In this document: piece after piece, positions 12,477 to 23,867 of the stretch
Layout: every line of letters begins with the position of its first letter
Position numbering within the stretch: the first letter of the stretch is position 1
NCBI GenBank assembly: GCA_903831155.1
Contig: CAIKWU010000483.1
Span: forward strand, 1 to 41,620
Source of the DNA: an uncultured Planctomycetaceae bacterium
GTDB lineage: Bacteria > Planctomycetota > Planctomycetia > Pirellulales > UBA1268
Reading direction: 5' to 3'
Length of the DNA: 41,620 bases
Position numbers and translations under genes: made by a program
Notes under the pieces: model-generated
Databases searched by the model: none
The model's input: only the letters and a program-made list of their open reading frames with translations
Told to the model about the DNA's origin: nothing

Positions 12477-12658
12477 TCTGAGCGTGGACGCCCCGGACTT
12501 CCGGATCAGGGGGCGAACCCCCGTCACGCGACAGGCCGGAGCGAAGGGAAGCAGGTCGCCGAGGCGACCCGCCGGATCCCGGAAAGGGATCCCGGCGTCG
12601 AATCCGCGCCGAAGCGACACCCTCGGGGAGACCCCGAGTGCGAAGCCTCGACGTCAGA
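12477..12658 (-). ncRNA. Multi-branched structured RNA region 3' of the Lys-rich micro-ORF
   Basis: Consecutive hairpins on the minus strand, including cgcUUCGgcg and gggggUUCGccccc, closed by tctga/tcaga. Confidence 0.5.
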
Positions 12659-12659
12659 T

Positions 12660-12722
12660 TCAGCCGTGGCCCTTCTTCTTCTTGGCGACCTTCTTGGCAG
12701 CCTTCTTCTTCTTCTTGGCCAT
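12660..12722 (-). CDS. 20-aa lysine-rich microprotein MAKKKKKAAKKVAKKKKGHG
   Basis: ATG with TAGGAG SD 7 nt upstream; all 11 Lys codons are AAG and the other codons are mostly GC3; TGA stop. Below the ORF-track size cutoff. Confidence 0.75.
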   Translation of the reverse strand: MAKKKKKAAKKVAKKKKGHG

Positions 12723-12858
12723 GGAAATGGCTCCTATCCACGAGCACCCGAGCATGGTTCTCACATCCGCTCCCCCGGATGCTCTGAGAGGGGAGAGGAC
12801 GACGTTTCGATGTGGTGCAACGGTGATCACTCACCATCGACCCCGCACCGATGAAGGA

Positions 12859-12920
12859 GTTGTGGATGATGGCCGGGAAAACTGTCAAGAGAACTTCCGG
12901 GAAAAATTCCTTTTTTTTCA
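12859..12920 (-). promoter_or_regulatory. Putative strong sigma-70 promoter with UP-element-like A/T tracts
   Basis: AAAAAAAAGGAATTTTT, then a perfect TTGACA (12888-12883), then a weak -10 (CACAAC at 18 nt). Confidence 0.55.
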
Positions 12921-12979
12921 CCGATGGTGCGCGACGACGAAGCCCCGCAGGGGAGCGCCGCGCTGGTGACGGCGCGTGA

Positions 12980-14200
12980 TCAGGTCGCCGCGCGGTCGTC
13001 CGCGAGTCGCCGCGACACCCACTCCATCAGCATCGAGACCTGCGCGGCGAACGACTGTTCCTGCACACCGACGGGGCTCTTGAAGAAGCAGGCGAGCCAC
13101 TCGAGCGCACCGCTTTCGCCCCCGCGCCGGGCCCGCTCCACGAGCCGCACGAGGTCGAGCACCAGCGGCGCCGCAAGGATCGAGTCGCAGCCCTGCCAGG
13201 TGAACTGGAGGGTCATCGGCGTGCCGAGGAAGCCCTTGAAGTGGACGTGGTCCCAGGCCGTCTTCCAGTCGCCGAGGCTCTCGATGTACTCGATCGAGAC
13301 GTGCGTCTGGGGCGGATAGCCGAGGATGGCGGCGAGGAGATGGTCCTTGCTCTTCACCTTCGCGGCCTTGTTCCGGGGATCGTCGAGCACCTTGCCGTCC
13401 ATGTTGCCGAAGATGTTGTGGCCCACCCAGCTCATCACCTGGAGGTTGCGGGCGGCGAACATCGGGGCCAGCACGCTCTTGAGGAGGGTCTCGCCGGTCT
13501 TGCCGTCGCAGCCGGCATGGGCGACGCCGCGGTCGCGGGCCAGGTCCTGCAGGCAGGCGGGCGGCGCCCCGGTGGACGGGGTGAAGTTGATGTAGCTGGC
13601 CCCCGCCTCGGCCGCCGCCAGGAAATAGAGGCTGCTCGAGGGCAGCGGGCAGCGGTCGGCGTCGTCGAGCAGCGGCTCGAGCTCGGCGAAGTCGCGGGGG
13701 ATCGGCAGGGCCGGCGGCGGCTCGGTGGAGGCGACGTTGACGACGACGACGTGGTCGAGCCGCTCGGCAGCGGCGAACGATGCGATGTCGTGCCGAACCC
13801 GCGCGATGGCGGCCCGGGGTGTTTCCACGACCGCCACGGCCGCGGGGTCGGCGAGGCTCCGGATGCGGTCCCCTGATGCGACGAGCGTGCCGGGCCGCAG
13901 CCGCGGCTCGACCTCGGCGAAGAAGGGGGCGGCGGCGTCGATCAGGTCGGGCGGAATCGCGCGGCTCTCGCTCCACATCCGCCGCGCCTCGTCGCCGAGC
14001 CGACCGGCACGGATGTCGTGACCGCCGACCACGAGGTCGTCGAAGCCGACGAGGCCGAGCCGCGCGAACGGCTCCGTCTCGGTGAGAAGCCCGACGGGTT
14101 CGATCGCACCCCGGCGGAGCGCCGCCAGGCCCGTCATCATCGTCGTGGCCACGCCCCCCTTCGCGCCGATGAGCCAGACACCGACGCGACGCGCGGCCAT
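12980..14200 (-). CDS. ino1: Myo-inositol-1-phosphate synthase
   Basis: WLIGAKGGVATT, VVNVASTE, YINFTPS, DGKTGETLLK, NIFGNMDG, DSILAAPLVLDL, FFKSP. Confidence 0.93.
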   Translation of the reverse strand: MAARRVGVWLIGAKGGVATTMMTGLAALRRGAIEPVGLLTETEPFARLGLVGFDDLVVGGHDIRAGRLGDEARRMWSESRAIPPDLIDAAAPFFAEVEPRLRPGTLVASGDRIRSLADPAAVAVVETPRAAIARVRHDIASFAAAERLDHVVVVNVASTEPPPALPIPRDFAELEPLLDDADRCPLPSSSLYFLAAAEAGASYINFTPSTGAPPACLQDLARDRGVAHAGCDGKTGETLLKSVLAPMFAARNLQVMSWVGHNIFGNMDGKVLDDPRNKAAKVKSKDHLLAAILGYPPQTHVSIEYIESLGDWKTAWDHVHFKGFLGTPMTLQFTWQGCDSILAAPLVLDLVRLVERARRGGESGALEWLACFFKSPVGVQEQSFAAQVSMLMEWVSRRLADDRAAT

Positions 14201-14250
14201 GGAAGAACTCCGGAAGGAGGGATGCGTCGGCTGGGAAACGACCGAACGGG

Positions 14251-14283
14251 TGGTATCATTCGATGCCCTCAGATGGGCGTCAA
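14251..14283. promoter_or_regulatory. Overlapping divergent promoters for ino1 and the aminotransferase
   Basis: Plus strand TG-g-TATCAT (14251-14259); minus strand TTGACG-N17-AATGAT (14283-14255). Confidence 0.4.
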
Positions 14284-14361
14284 GCGACCGCGATTCAACG
14301 GGTTCCTCCGCGGCGCCACCCCACCTTTCCCGAGAACCCGCAGCGGAGAGTTTCGGCCGCC

Positions 14362-15564
14362 ATGGAGTCGAAGAGCCTCGCCACCGCCCGCCGCATGCGG
14401 GCCCTCGAGCCGTCCGCCACGCTGGCGATGGCCGCCCGTGCGTCCGCGATGACCGCGTCGGGCATCGACGTCATCGACCTCTCGGTCGGCGAGCCCGACT
14501 TCCCCACGCCCGCCCACATCTGCCGGGCGGCCGAGGAGGCGATCCGCGCCGGCAAGACGAAGTACACGCCCGCCGCCGGCATCCCCCAGCTGAAGAAGGC
14601 CGTGGCCGACGACTATTCCCGCCGCACCGGTCTCGCGATCACGCCGGCACAGGTGGTGGTTTCCAACGGCGCCAAGCATTCGCTGCACAACGTCTTCACC
14701 GCCGTCCTCGACGAGGGGGACGAGGTGATCGTGCCCACACCCTACTGGGTCAGCTACGCCGAGCTGATCAAGCTCGCCGGGGCGAAGCCGGTGCTCCTCG
14801 AGACCCGCATCGAGGACGACTTCAAGCTCCACGCCGACGCCCTCCGGGCGGCGGTCACCCCCAAGACGCGGATGCTCCTGCTCTGCTCGCCGAGCAATCC
14901 CACCGGCGTGGTCTACACGGCCGCCGAACTCGGGGCCCTCGCCGACGTGGCGATCGAGCGGGACCTCGCCGTGGTGGCCGACGAGATCTACGACCAGCTC
15001 GTCTTCGACGGGCGGCCCAGCGTCTCGTTTCCCACGCTGCGGCCCGGGCTCGCCGACCGCACGGTCGTGGTGGCGGGCGTGAGCAAGACCTACTCCATGA
15101 CCGGCTGGCGGATCGGCTGGACGATCGCGCCGGAGCCGCTCTCCAAGGCGATCGGCAACCTCCAGAGCCAGGAGACGAGCAACCCCTGCAGCGTGAGCCA
15201 GCACGCGGCGGTGGCGGCCCTCACGGGCCCCCAGGAGTGCGTGGCCGAGATGCTGCGGGCGTTCGAGAAGCGTCGCGACCTCGTCGCGGGCCGGCTGAAG
15301 GCCATGTCCGGCGTGCGGATTCCCGAGATCGGCGGGGCGTTCTACGCCTTCTTCGACATCCGCGAGCCCCTGAAGCGGATGGCAGGAAAGGGCATCGCCA
15401 CGAGCATGCAGTGGAGCGAGACGCTCCTGGAGAAGCACCACGTCGCGCTCGTGGCCGGCAGCGCGTTCGGTGCCGAGGGCTTCGTGCGGATGTCGTTCGC
15501 GGCTTCCGAGGAGAAGCTCTCGGCGGGACTCGACCGCATCGCGGCCTTCCTCGACGCCGGCTGA
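14362..15564 (+). CDS. PLP-dependent aminotransferase class I/II (aspartate aminotransferase-like)
   Basis: VGEPDFPTP, SNGAKHSL, SPSNPTG, DEIY, SKTYSMTGWRIG. Confidence 0.93.
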   Translation: MESKSLATARRMRALEPSATLAMAARASAMTASGIDVIDLSVGEPDFPTPAHICRAAEEAIRAGKTKYTPAAGIPQLKKAVADDYSRRTGLAITPAQVVVSNGAKHSLHNVFTAVLDEGDEVIVPTPYWVSYAELIKLAGAKPVLLETRIEDDFKLHADALRAAVTPKTRMLLLCSPSNPTGVVYTAAELGALADVAIERDLAVVADEIYDQLVFDGRPSVSFPTLRPGLADRTVVVAGVSKTYSMTGWRIGWTIAPEPLSKAIGNLQSQETSNPCSVSQHAAVAALTGPQECVAEMLRAFEKRRDLVAGRLKAMSGVRIPEIGGAFYAFFDIREPLKRMAGKGIATSMQWSETLLEKHHVALVAGSAFGAEGFVRMSFAASEEKLSAGLDRIAAFLDAG

Positions 15565-15586
15565 CGATCCACGAGGCCCGCACGCC

Positions 15587-16792
15587 ATGGCCGAGTCGTC
15601 GCGAGCGGACGGCGGGATCTACCTCGACCATGCTGCCGCCACACCGCTTCGCCCGGACGTGGACGACGCGATGCGCGAGGCGGCACGAACGGCCTTCGCC
15701 AACGCCTCGAGCCCGCACGCCCTCGGACGCCGGGCTCGGCAGCTGCTGGAGGACTCCCGGGAACGGATCCTCGCCGCTCTCGGGGGTCTCGCGACCGGCC
15801 GGCACCGTGACCGGCTGGTGTTCACGAGCGGAGCCACGGAGGCCAACCGGCTGGGCGTGCTGGGCCGCAGCGGCCCTCCCGGCGTCATCGCCTGGTCCGC
15901 CCGTGACCATGCCGGCGTGGCCACCGCCGCGGAGGAGCTCGTCCGCCGGGGCTGGCGGCCGCGGCGACTCGAGGTGGACCGTCTGGGCTCGGTGGCTGAT
16001 GCCGCGGACGCCCTGGCCGCCGGACTGCCCGCCGACACGACGGCGGTGATCTGCCTCACGACCGCCTGTGGCCAGACGGGCACGGTCGATCCACCCTGCC
16101 CAGCGGTCGCGCGCCACCCGCAGATCGATCTCCACATCGACCACACGCAGGCCTTCGCCTGGGACGATCCTCCCATCCGCGACGTGCGTGCCGCGACGCT
16201 CACCATCGCCCCGCACAAGTTCGGCGGGCCCAGGGGCATCGCAGGGCTGGTGGTTCGGGGTGTTATGGCCCTCGAACCCCTGCAGCCGGGACCGCAGGAG
16301 CTCGGGATACGCGGAGGCACCGAGTCGGTCGCCCTGGCGGTCGGATTCGCGCGAGCTGTCGAGGCCACCGTCGCTGAACGGGCCGCGGCCGTCGCCACGG
16401 TGACCAGGCTGCGGAACCGCCTTGAAGTCGGCCTCCTCGCGGCGGCCTCGGCCGCAGGACTCGAGGGGCTGATCGTCGGCGGCGAGGCTCCGCGGGCGCC
16501 GCACGTCACGACGATCGCCATCGCCGGCATCGACCGGCAGTCGCTCGTGATGGCAGCCGATCTCGAGGGCGTCTGCCTGGCGACAGGCACCGCCTGTGCC
16601 AGCGGTTCCAGCGAGCCGGCGGCGGCCGTCGAGGCACTCGGCCTTCCGGCCTGGGTCGCCCGCTCCGCCTTTCGCGCGAGCCTCGCCACGACGACGACCG
16701 ATGACGACGTCGATGAGGCGGTGCGGAGAATGGCCTTCGTCTTTCGCGGCATCGCCGGGGGCGGTCTTCAACGATCCGCGGGGCCGCGTTAG
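15587..16792 (+). CDS. Cysteine desulfurase (IscS/NifS-like, class V PLP)
   Basis: IYLDHAAATP, ANASSPH, FTSGATEAN, HKFGGPRG, RGGT, GTACASGS with the catalytic Cys. Confidence 0.88.
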   Translation: MAESSRADGGIYLDHAAATPLRPDVDDAMREAARTAFANASSPHALGRRARQLLEDSRERILAALGGLATGRHRDRLVFTSGATEANRLGVLGRSGPPGVIAWSARDHAGVATAAEELVRRGWRPRRLEVDRLGSVADAADALAAGLPADTTAVICLTTACGQTGTVDPPCPAVARHPQIDLHIDHTQAFAWDDPPIRDVRAATLTIAPHKFGGPRGIAGLVVRGVMALEPLQPGPQELGIRGGTESVALAVGFARAVEATVAERAAAVATVTRLRNRLEVGLLAAASAAGLEGLIVGGEAPRAPHVTTIAIAGIDRQSLVMAADLEGVCLATGTACASGSSEPAAAVEALGLPAWVARSAFRASLATTTTDDDVDEAVRRMAFVFRGIAGGGLQRSAGPR

Positions 16793-16864
16793 CCTGACCC
16801 GTGGGAGTCGTCGCGGCAGGGACGCCGGGGGCCGTTCGCACCTCTGGTCGGTCACTCCGTTTCC

Positions 16865-17659
16865 ATGCCACCGCCACGTCGCCCGCACCCGAACAACGCC
16901 GTCCCGGCGGCGAGCCTGGCCCGGGCCGCCCTGACCGCGGTCCTCTCCGGAAAAAGCCCCACCCCGGCGGCACGACTCGTCGTCATCGTGTCCGCCGGCG
17001 GCGAGCGGCTCCTGCACGACCTCGGTCGGGACGTGCACGAGGCCAGGCACCTCGCCCGGCGTCTCGCGCTGGCCGAGGCTCGGGGCACGCTGGATCGGCT
17101 GCGGCACGACCTCACGGCGGCTGGTTGGCTGATGATCGCCGCCGTCGACAGGATCGGCCGGCCGGCCCGCCAGCGGGTCATCGCCGCCCTTCTCGACGCC
17201 GTGGTCGATCAGGGAGGCATGGCATGTGTCACGCTCACAGTCCCACCCACCGCCGCGGGTCTCCACCCTGCGCTTGAATCCCGGCTGGTGTCGGGGCTCG
17301 TGGTGACGGTGCCCACGGGACCAAAGCCGATGGCGGCCGGTGGCGGCCGGTGCTCACTGCAGGCCGTGATCCGCACGACCGCACGGCTCCAGGGCGTGCC
17401 CGTCGCCCAGTTGGTCGGCCATGACCGGCATCGCAGCCTCGCCCGCAGCCGGGGGATCGCTATGTACGTGGCCCGTGCCTGCACGGGCACGAGCCTCGCG
17501 GCAATCGGGCTGGCCTTCGGGGGACGTGATCACACCACGGCGATGCGGAGCGTGCGGGCCGTCGAGACACATCTTGCCACCGACCCCACCCTTGCCACCG
17601 ACGTTCGCGACGTCCTCACGGCCCTCGGACTGACCACGCACGAGGCCAGGCCTGCATGA
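16865..17659 (+). CDS. dnaA: Degenerate DnaA homologue: intact domain IV, ATPase-dead partial domain III
   Basis: RSLARSRGIAMYVAR, IGLAFGGRDHTT, LESRLVSGLVV; located directly upstream of dnaN; no Walker A/B. Confidence 0.8.
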   Translation: MPPPRRPHPNNAVPAASLARAALTAVLSGKSPTPAARLVVIVSAGGERLLHDLGRDVHEARHLARRLALAEARGTLDRLRHDLTAAGWLMIAAVDRIGRPARQRVIAALLDAVVDQGGMACVTLTVPPTAAGLHPALESRLVSGLVVTVPTGPKPMAAGGGRCSLQAVIRTTARLQGVPVAQLVGHDRHRSLARSRGIAMYVARACTGTSLAAIGLAFGGRDHTTAMRSVRAVETHLATDPTLATDVRDVLTALGLTTHEARPA

Positions 17660-18138
17660 CCGGGCGCATGTCAACTCGTTGTCGGCTCAGCGGCGGCGAA
17701 CCGCCATCCGCTCCGGCGACGGTTCCGTGGCCCGCCACCCGACTGCGCCTGACGCCCGGTACGACCCTTCGCATCCTCGTCTCCCACCCATCTCCATGAC
17801 TGCAGCGGCATGATCTCGACGACGAACCCACATTCGCCCGTCAGGTTGTGCACCATGCCAGACTGCTGCCAGACACACCTTGCAACCCATGTTTTCAGGT
17901 CCGTGATCACCGCAGACCTGCCGCGCACCACGCCAACGCGTGCGTGCGTTATTCCTCATACCGCTTCCTGGTTTCTGGTGCTGGATTCCCTTTTTCCATA
18001 AAGAACGGAAGCAGCCAAGAAACCCGGTCGCGAGGGGGCACTTCACGGGGTTGCGGGGGCATTCCAGCGAGGCGTTTTTCGGGTACATTAAAGGGTTTCC
18101 CAGCCAGGCTCATCGGGTTTCCAGGAACGCAGTTGCCG
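17660..18138. other. dnaA-dnaN intergenic region, candidate (degenerate) oriC
   Basis: About 480 nt with lower GC; one near-consensus box TTTTCCATA (17992-18000); canonical position. Confidence 0.3.
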
Positions 18139-19251
18139 ATGAAGATTCGCTGCCCCAAGGAATCGCTGCTCGCAGCCCTGCAAAGCGCGTCGGCGGTGGT
18201 GCCCTCGAGGTCCCCAAAACCGGTTCTCACCAACGTCAAGATCGAGGCCACGAACGAGGGTGTCGTGCTCTCCGCGACCGACCTCGAGGTCGGGATCCGA
18301 GTCGAGGTCGACGGGGTCGAGGTGGCATCGCCGGGAGCGGTGCTCCTGCCGAGCGGGCGGCTGATGGCGATCGTTCGCGAAACGCCGGCCGGGACCACCT
18401 TCGAGATCGCCACCGACGGCACCGCCGCGATGGTGAAGGCACCCCGAAGCGAGTTCCGCCTGCCTGCCGAGGATGCGGTCGAGTTCCCGGCGATCCCGAC
18501 GTTTCCGGAAGGCGGGGTGTTCGAGGTTGCCACGCCGCTGATGAGGGAACTCGTCCGCCGAACCGTGTTTGCCACGGACAACGAGTCGAGTCGCTACGCG
18601 CTCGGCGGCGTGCTCCTGGAGTTCACGCCGAACAGCGTGATCGCCGTGGGGACCGACGGCCGCCGGCTGGCGAAGATGCAGGGGCCGGCCGAGTCCCGGT
18701 CCGGGGCGTCGGCCGATGTGCCCCCCATCGTGCCGTCTCGGGCCATGCAACTCATCGAGCGGTGTCTTGGGGGTGCCGACCAGCCGGTGCACGTCGCCGT
18801 CCGCGGCAGTGAGATCCTCGTCAGGACTGCCGGCACGACGATCTCCGCGCGGCTCGTCGATGGGCGGTTTCCCCGGTGGCGAGACGTGTTTCCGGAGCGT
18901 CCTGACGCGGTCCGCATTCAGAGCGTCGCCGGCCCGCTGCTGGCGGCCGTCCGTCAGGCGGCGATCGTCACCAGTGAGCAGTCGAAGGGGGTCGATTTCT
19001 CGTTCGAACCCGGGCAACTGGTGCTGGCCGGGAGGTCGGCGGAGAGCGGCGAGAGCCGGGTCGAACTCCCGATCGACCACTCGGGTGCCACGGTCCGCAT
19101 CAAACTCGATCCCCGGTTCATGTCCGACTTTCTCAGGGTGCTCGATCCGGCGGCCGCGGTGACCGTGGAGCTGACCGATGCCCAGAGCGCCTGCGTCTGC
19201 AGCACGGACGACGGCTACGGCTATGTCATCATGCCGCTGGCGGCCGATTAG
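18139..19251 (+). CDS. dnaN: DNA polymerase III beta sliding clamp
   Basis: SPKPVL, SATDLEVG, VFATDNESSRYALGG, VGTDGRRLA, RLVDGRFP, YVIMPL. Confidence 0.97.
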   Translation: MKIRCPKESLLAALQSASAVVPSRSPKPVLTNVKIEATNEGVVLSATDLEVGIRVEVDGVEVASPGAVLLPSGRLMAIVRETPAGTTFEIATDGTAAMVKAPRSEFRLPAEDAVEFPAIPTFPEGGVFEVATPLMRELVRRTVFATDNESSRYALGGVLLEFTPNSVIAVGTDGRRLAKMQGPAESRSGASADVPPIVPSRAMQLIERCLGGADQPVHVAVRGSEILVRTAGTTISARLVDGRFPRWRDVFPERPDAVRIQSVAGPLLAAVRQAAIVTSEQSKGVDFSFEPGQLVLAGRSAESGESRVELPIDHSGATVRIKLDPRFMSDFLRVLDPAAAVTVELTDAQSACVCSTDDGYGYVIMPLAAD

Positions 19252-19270
19252 CGTGGGCGGCGGCGTTCTC

Positions 19271-22119
<2,849 letters not shown>

Positions 22120-22356
22120 GACGGGTTTTCCATGAGCCCCGAGCGGCTGGGTGTCCAAGCCCACCGCCGTGAGGCGTGGGGCGAATCACCACCAGGCGAT
22201 GTGTTGTGCGTGGCGCGCCCCCGGCCTCGCGGCCGGTCGGCTGGCATGTGCCCCGCACTCCAACGCGAGGATGCTGCGCGGGACTGCCGGAGCCCGTAGC
22301 GAGCGTCCGGCGCAGGGCTTTGGCAGCCCCTCGTCACACGCAGGAGTCTGGAGAAC

Positions 22357-22605
22357 TCAGGCGCCCGGGCGGCGGAAGTGGCGGTAGGCCTGGAGCACGT
22401 CGTGGAGATCCGACGAGATCGTGATCTCGTCGTCGGCGAAGTCGGAGAGCCAGGTCCGGTTGCTGGCGACGGCGTCGGCCAGCAGCGGCAGGATCTCGCC
22501 GAGCGTCACCCGCACGCCCTCGTCGGCCCGCTCCTCGACCGCCGCGAACTCGCTGCGGACCTTGAGATCGGGCTCGGTGTAGACCCGCAACTGTCGCATC
22601 GCCAT
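22357..22605 (-). CDS. Small hypothetical protein
   Basis: AAGGGAG SD, typical GC3 codon usage, 82 aa (VRVTLGEILPLLADA..SNRTWLSDFADD). Confidence 0.75.
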   Translation of the reverse strand: MAMRQLRVYTEPDLKVRSEFAAVEERADEGVRVTLGEILPLLADAVASNRTWLSDFADDEITISSDLHDVLQAYRHFRRPGA

Positions 22606-22810
22606 GGGCACTCTCCCTTGCCGTGGGCATCGCGAAGGCGGCGAACGGGCACGGGCCCGACCGTCATCCTGACGGGCAACCGCTCTTCACCCCTTTCATC
22701 GGCAGGTGGGGCCGTCAGGGTTTGGCCGATTTCCCTGCCTGCACGGAATGAGAGGCTCAAGGCCGGGGGGCGATGAGAAACTGGAGCGGCTGGGAAAAGA
22801 TGGCGGGGGT

Positions 22811-23776
22811 CTACGCCTTCGCTGCGGACTGGTGCCCTGCCACCCGGCCGGCCCGGAACGCCTCGCCAATGCTCTTGGGCACGAGGGCCTCGGCCTGGAG
22901 CAGCCGCGCCCGGTTCTCGGCCGTCGAGGCCTTCATCTCCTGCTCGCGGGCGATCGCCACGCTCCGCCGCTCCTCGGCTTTCGCCCGGGCCACGCGGGTG
23001 TCGGCCTCGGCCTGGTCGGCCTGGAGGCGGGCACCGATGTTCTCCCCCACCTCGATGTCGGCGATGTCGATCGACACGATCTGAAACGCCGTCTGGGCGT
23101 CGAGGCCGCGCTGCAGCACAGCCTTCGAGATCGTGTCGGGATGCTCCATCACCTCGAAGTGGCTCTCGGATGAGCCGATCGACGTGATGATGCCCTCGCC
23201 GACCCGCGCGATGATCGTCTCCTCGGTCGCGCCGCCAATGAGCTGCTGGAGATTCGTCCGCACCGTCACGCGGGCCTTGATCTTGAGCTCGACGCCGTTC
23301 TTGGCGACGGCCGAGAGGGTCGACTTTCCGCTGGCGCTGTCGGGGCAGTCGATCACCTTGGGGTTGACGCTCGTCTGCACCGCGTCGAGCACGTCGCGGC
23401 CGGCGATGTCGATCGCGCAGGCCCGGTCGAAGTCGAGGTCGAGATCGGCCCGCTGGGCCGCGATCAGCGCGCGGATCACGCGGGGCACGTCGCCGCCGGC
23501 GAGGTAGTGGGCTTCGAGCCGCCGGGCCGTGATGTCGGGCCCGAGGCCGGCCTGCGTCGCCATGATCCTGGCCTGCACGATCGTCCTCGCATTGACCTTG
23601 CGGAGGCTCATGCCGAGCAGCTCCATGAAGGTCACGCGGGCCTTCGACCAGTAGGCCTGGAACCAGAGTTGGCCGTAGTTGAAGACGAGCAGCAGCATCG
23701 TCAGCACGACGATGCCCAGGAGGATCGAGGCGCCCACGAGCAGTTCGGCGGGCGTGCCGGCGGGACGGGGGTTCAC
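22811..23776 (-). CDS. floA: Flotillin-like protein FloA (YqfA/UPF0365)
   Basis: N-terminal [58 protein letters not shown]. Confidence 0.92.
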   Translation of the reverse strand: MNPRPAGTPAELLVGASILLGIVVLTMLLLVFNYGQLWFQAYWSKARVTFMELLGMSLRKVNARTIVQARIMATQAGLGPDITARRLEAHYLAGGDVPRVIRALIAAQRADLDLDFDRACAIDIAGRDVLDAVQTSVNPKVIDCPDSASGKSTLSAVAKNGVELKIKARVTVRTNLQQLIGGATEETIIARVGEGIITSIGSSESHFEVMEHPDTISKAVLQRGLDAQTAFQIVSIDIADIEVGENIGARLQADQAEADTRVARAKAEERRSVAIAREQEMKASTAENRARLLQAEALVPKSIGEAFRAGRVAGHQSAAKA

Positions 23777-23867
23777 GGTCGGGCGCTCCTGGCGGTGAAG
23801 GTCTTCGGAAAGCCGCTCAAGCCTAGTTCGCCGTTTCGGCCCGGCAAAAACCCCCACGATTTGCCGC

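Noticed and set aside
12477-12722. tmRNA, RNase P RNA or a Lys attenuator interpretation of the micro-ORF locus
   Set aside because: No tRNA-like acceptor/T arm or Ala-ending tag. 'ggaagtccggg' resembles RNase P only in isolation. The downstream gene is not for lysine biosynthesis and has its own promoter.
17894-18019. SRP RNA-like fragments TCAGGTCCG and GGAAGCAGCCAAG
   Set aside because: The two halves are about 100 nt apart instead of joined by a GNRA loop, and the flanking stem does not pair; probably coincidence.
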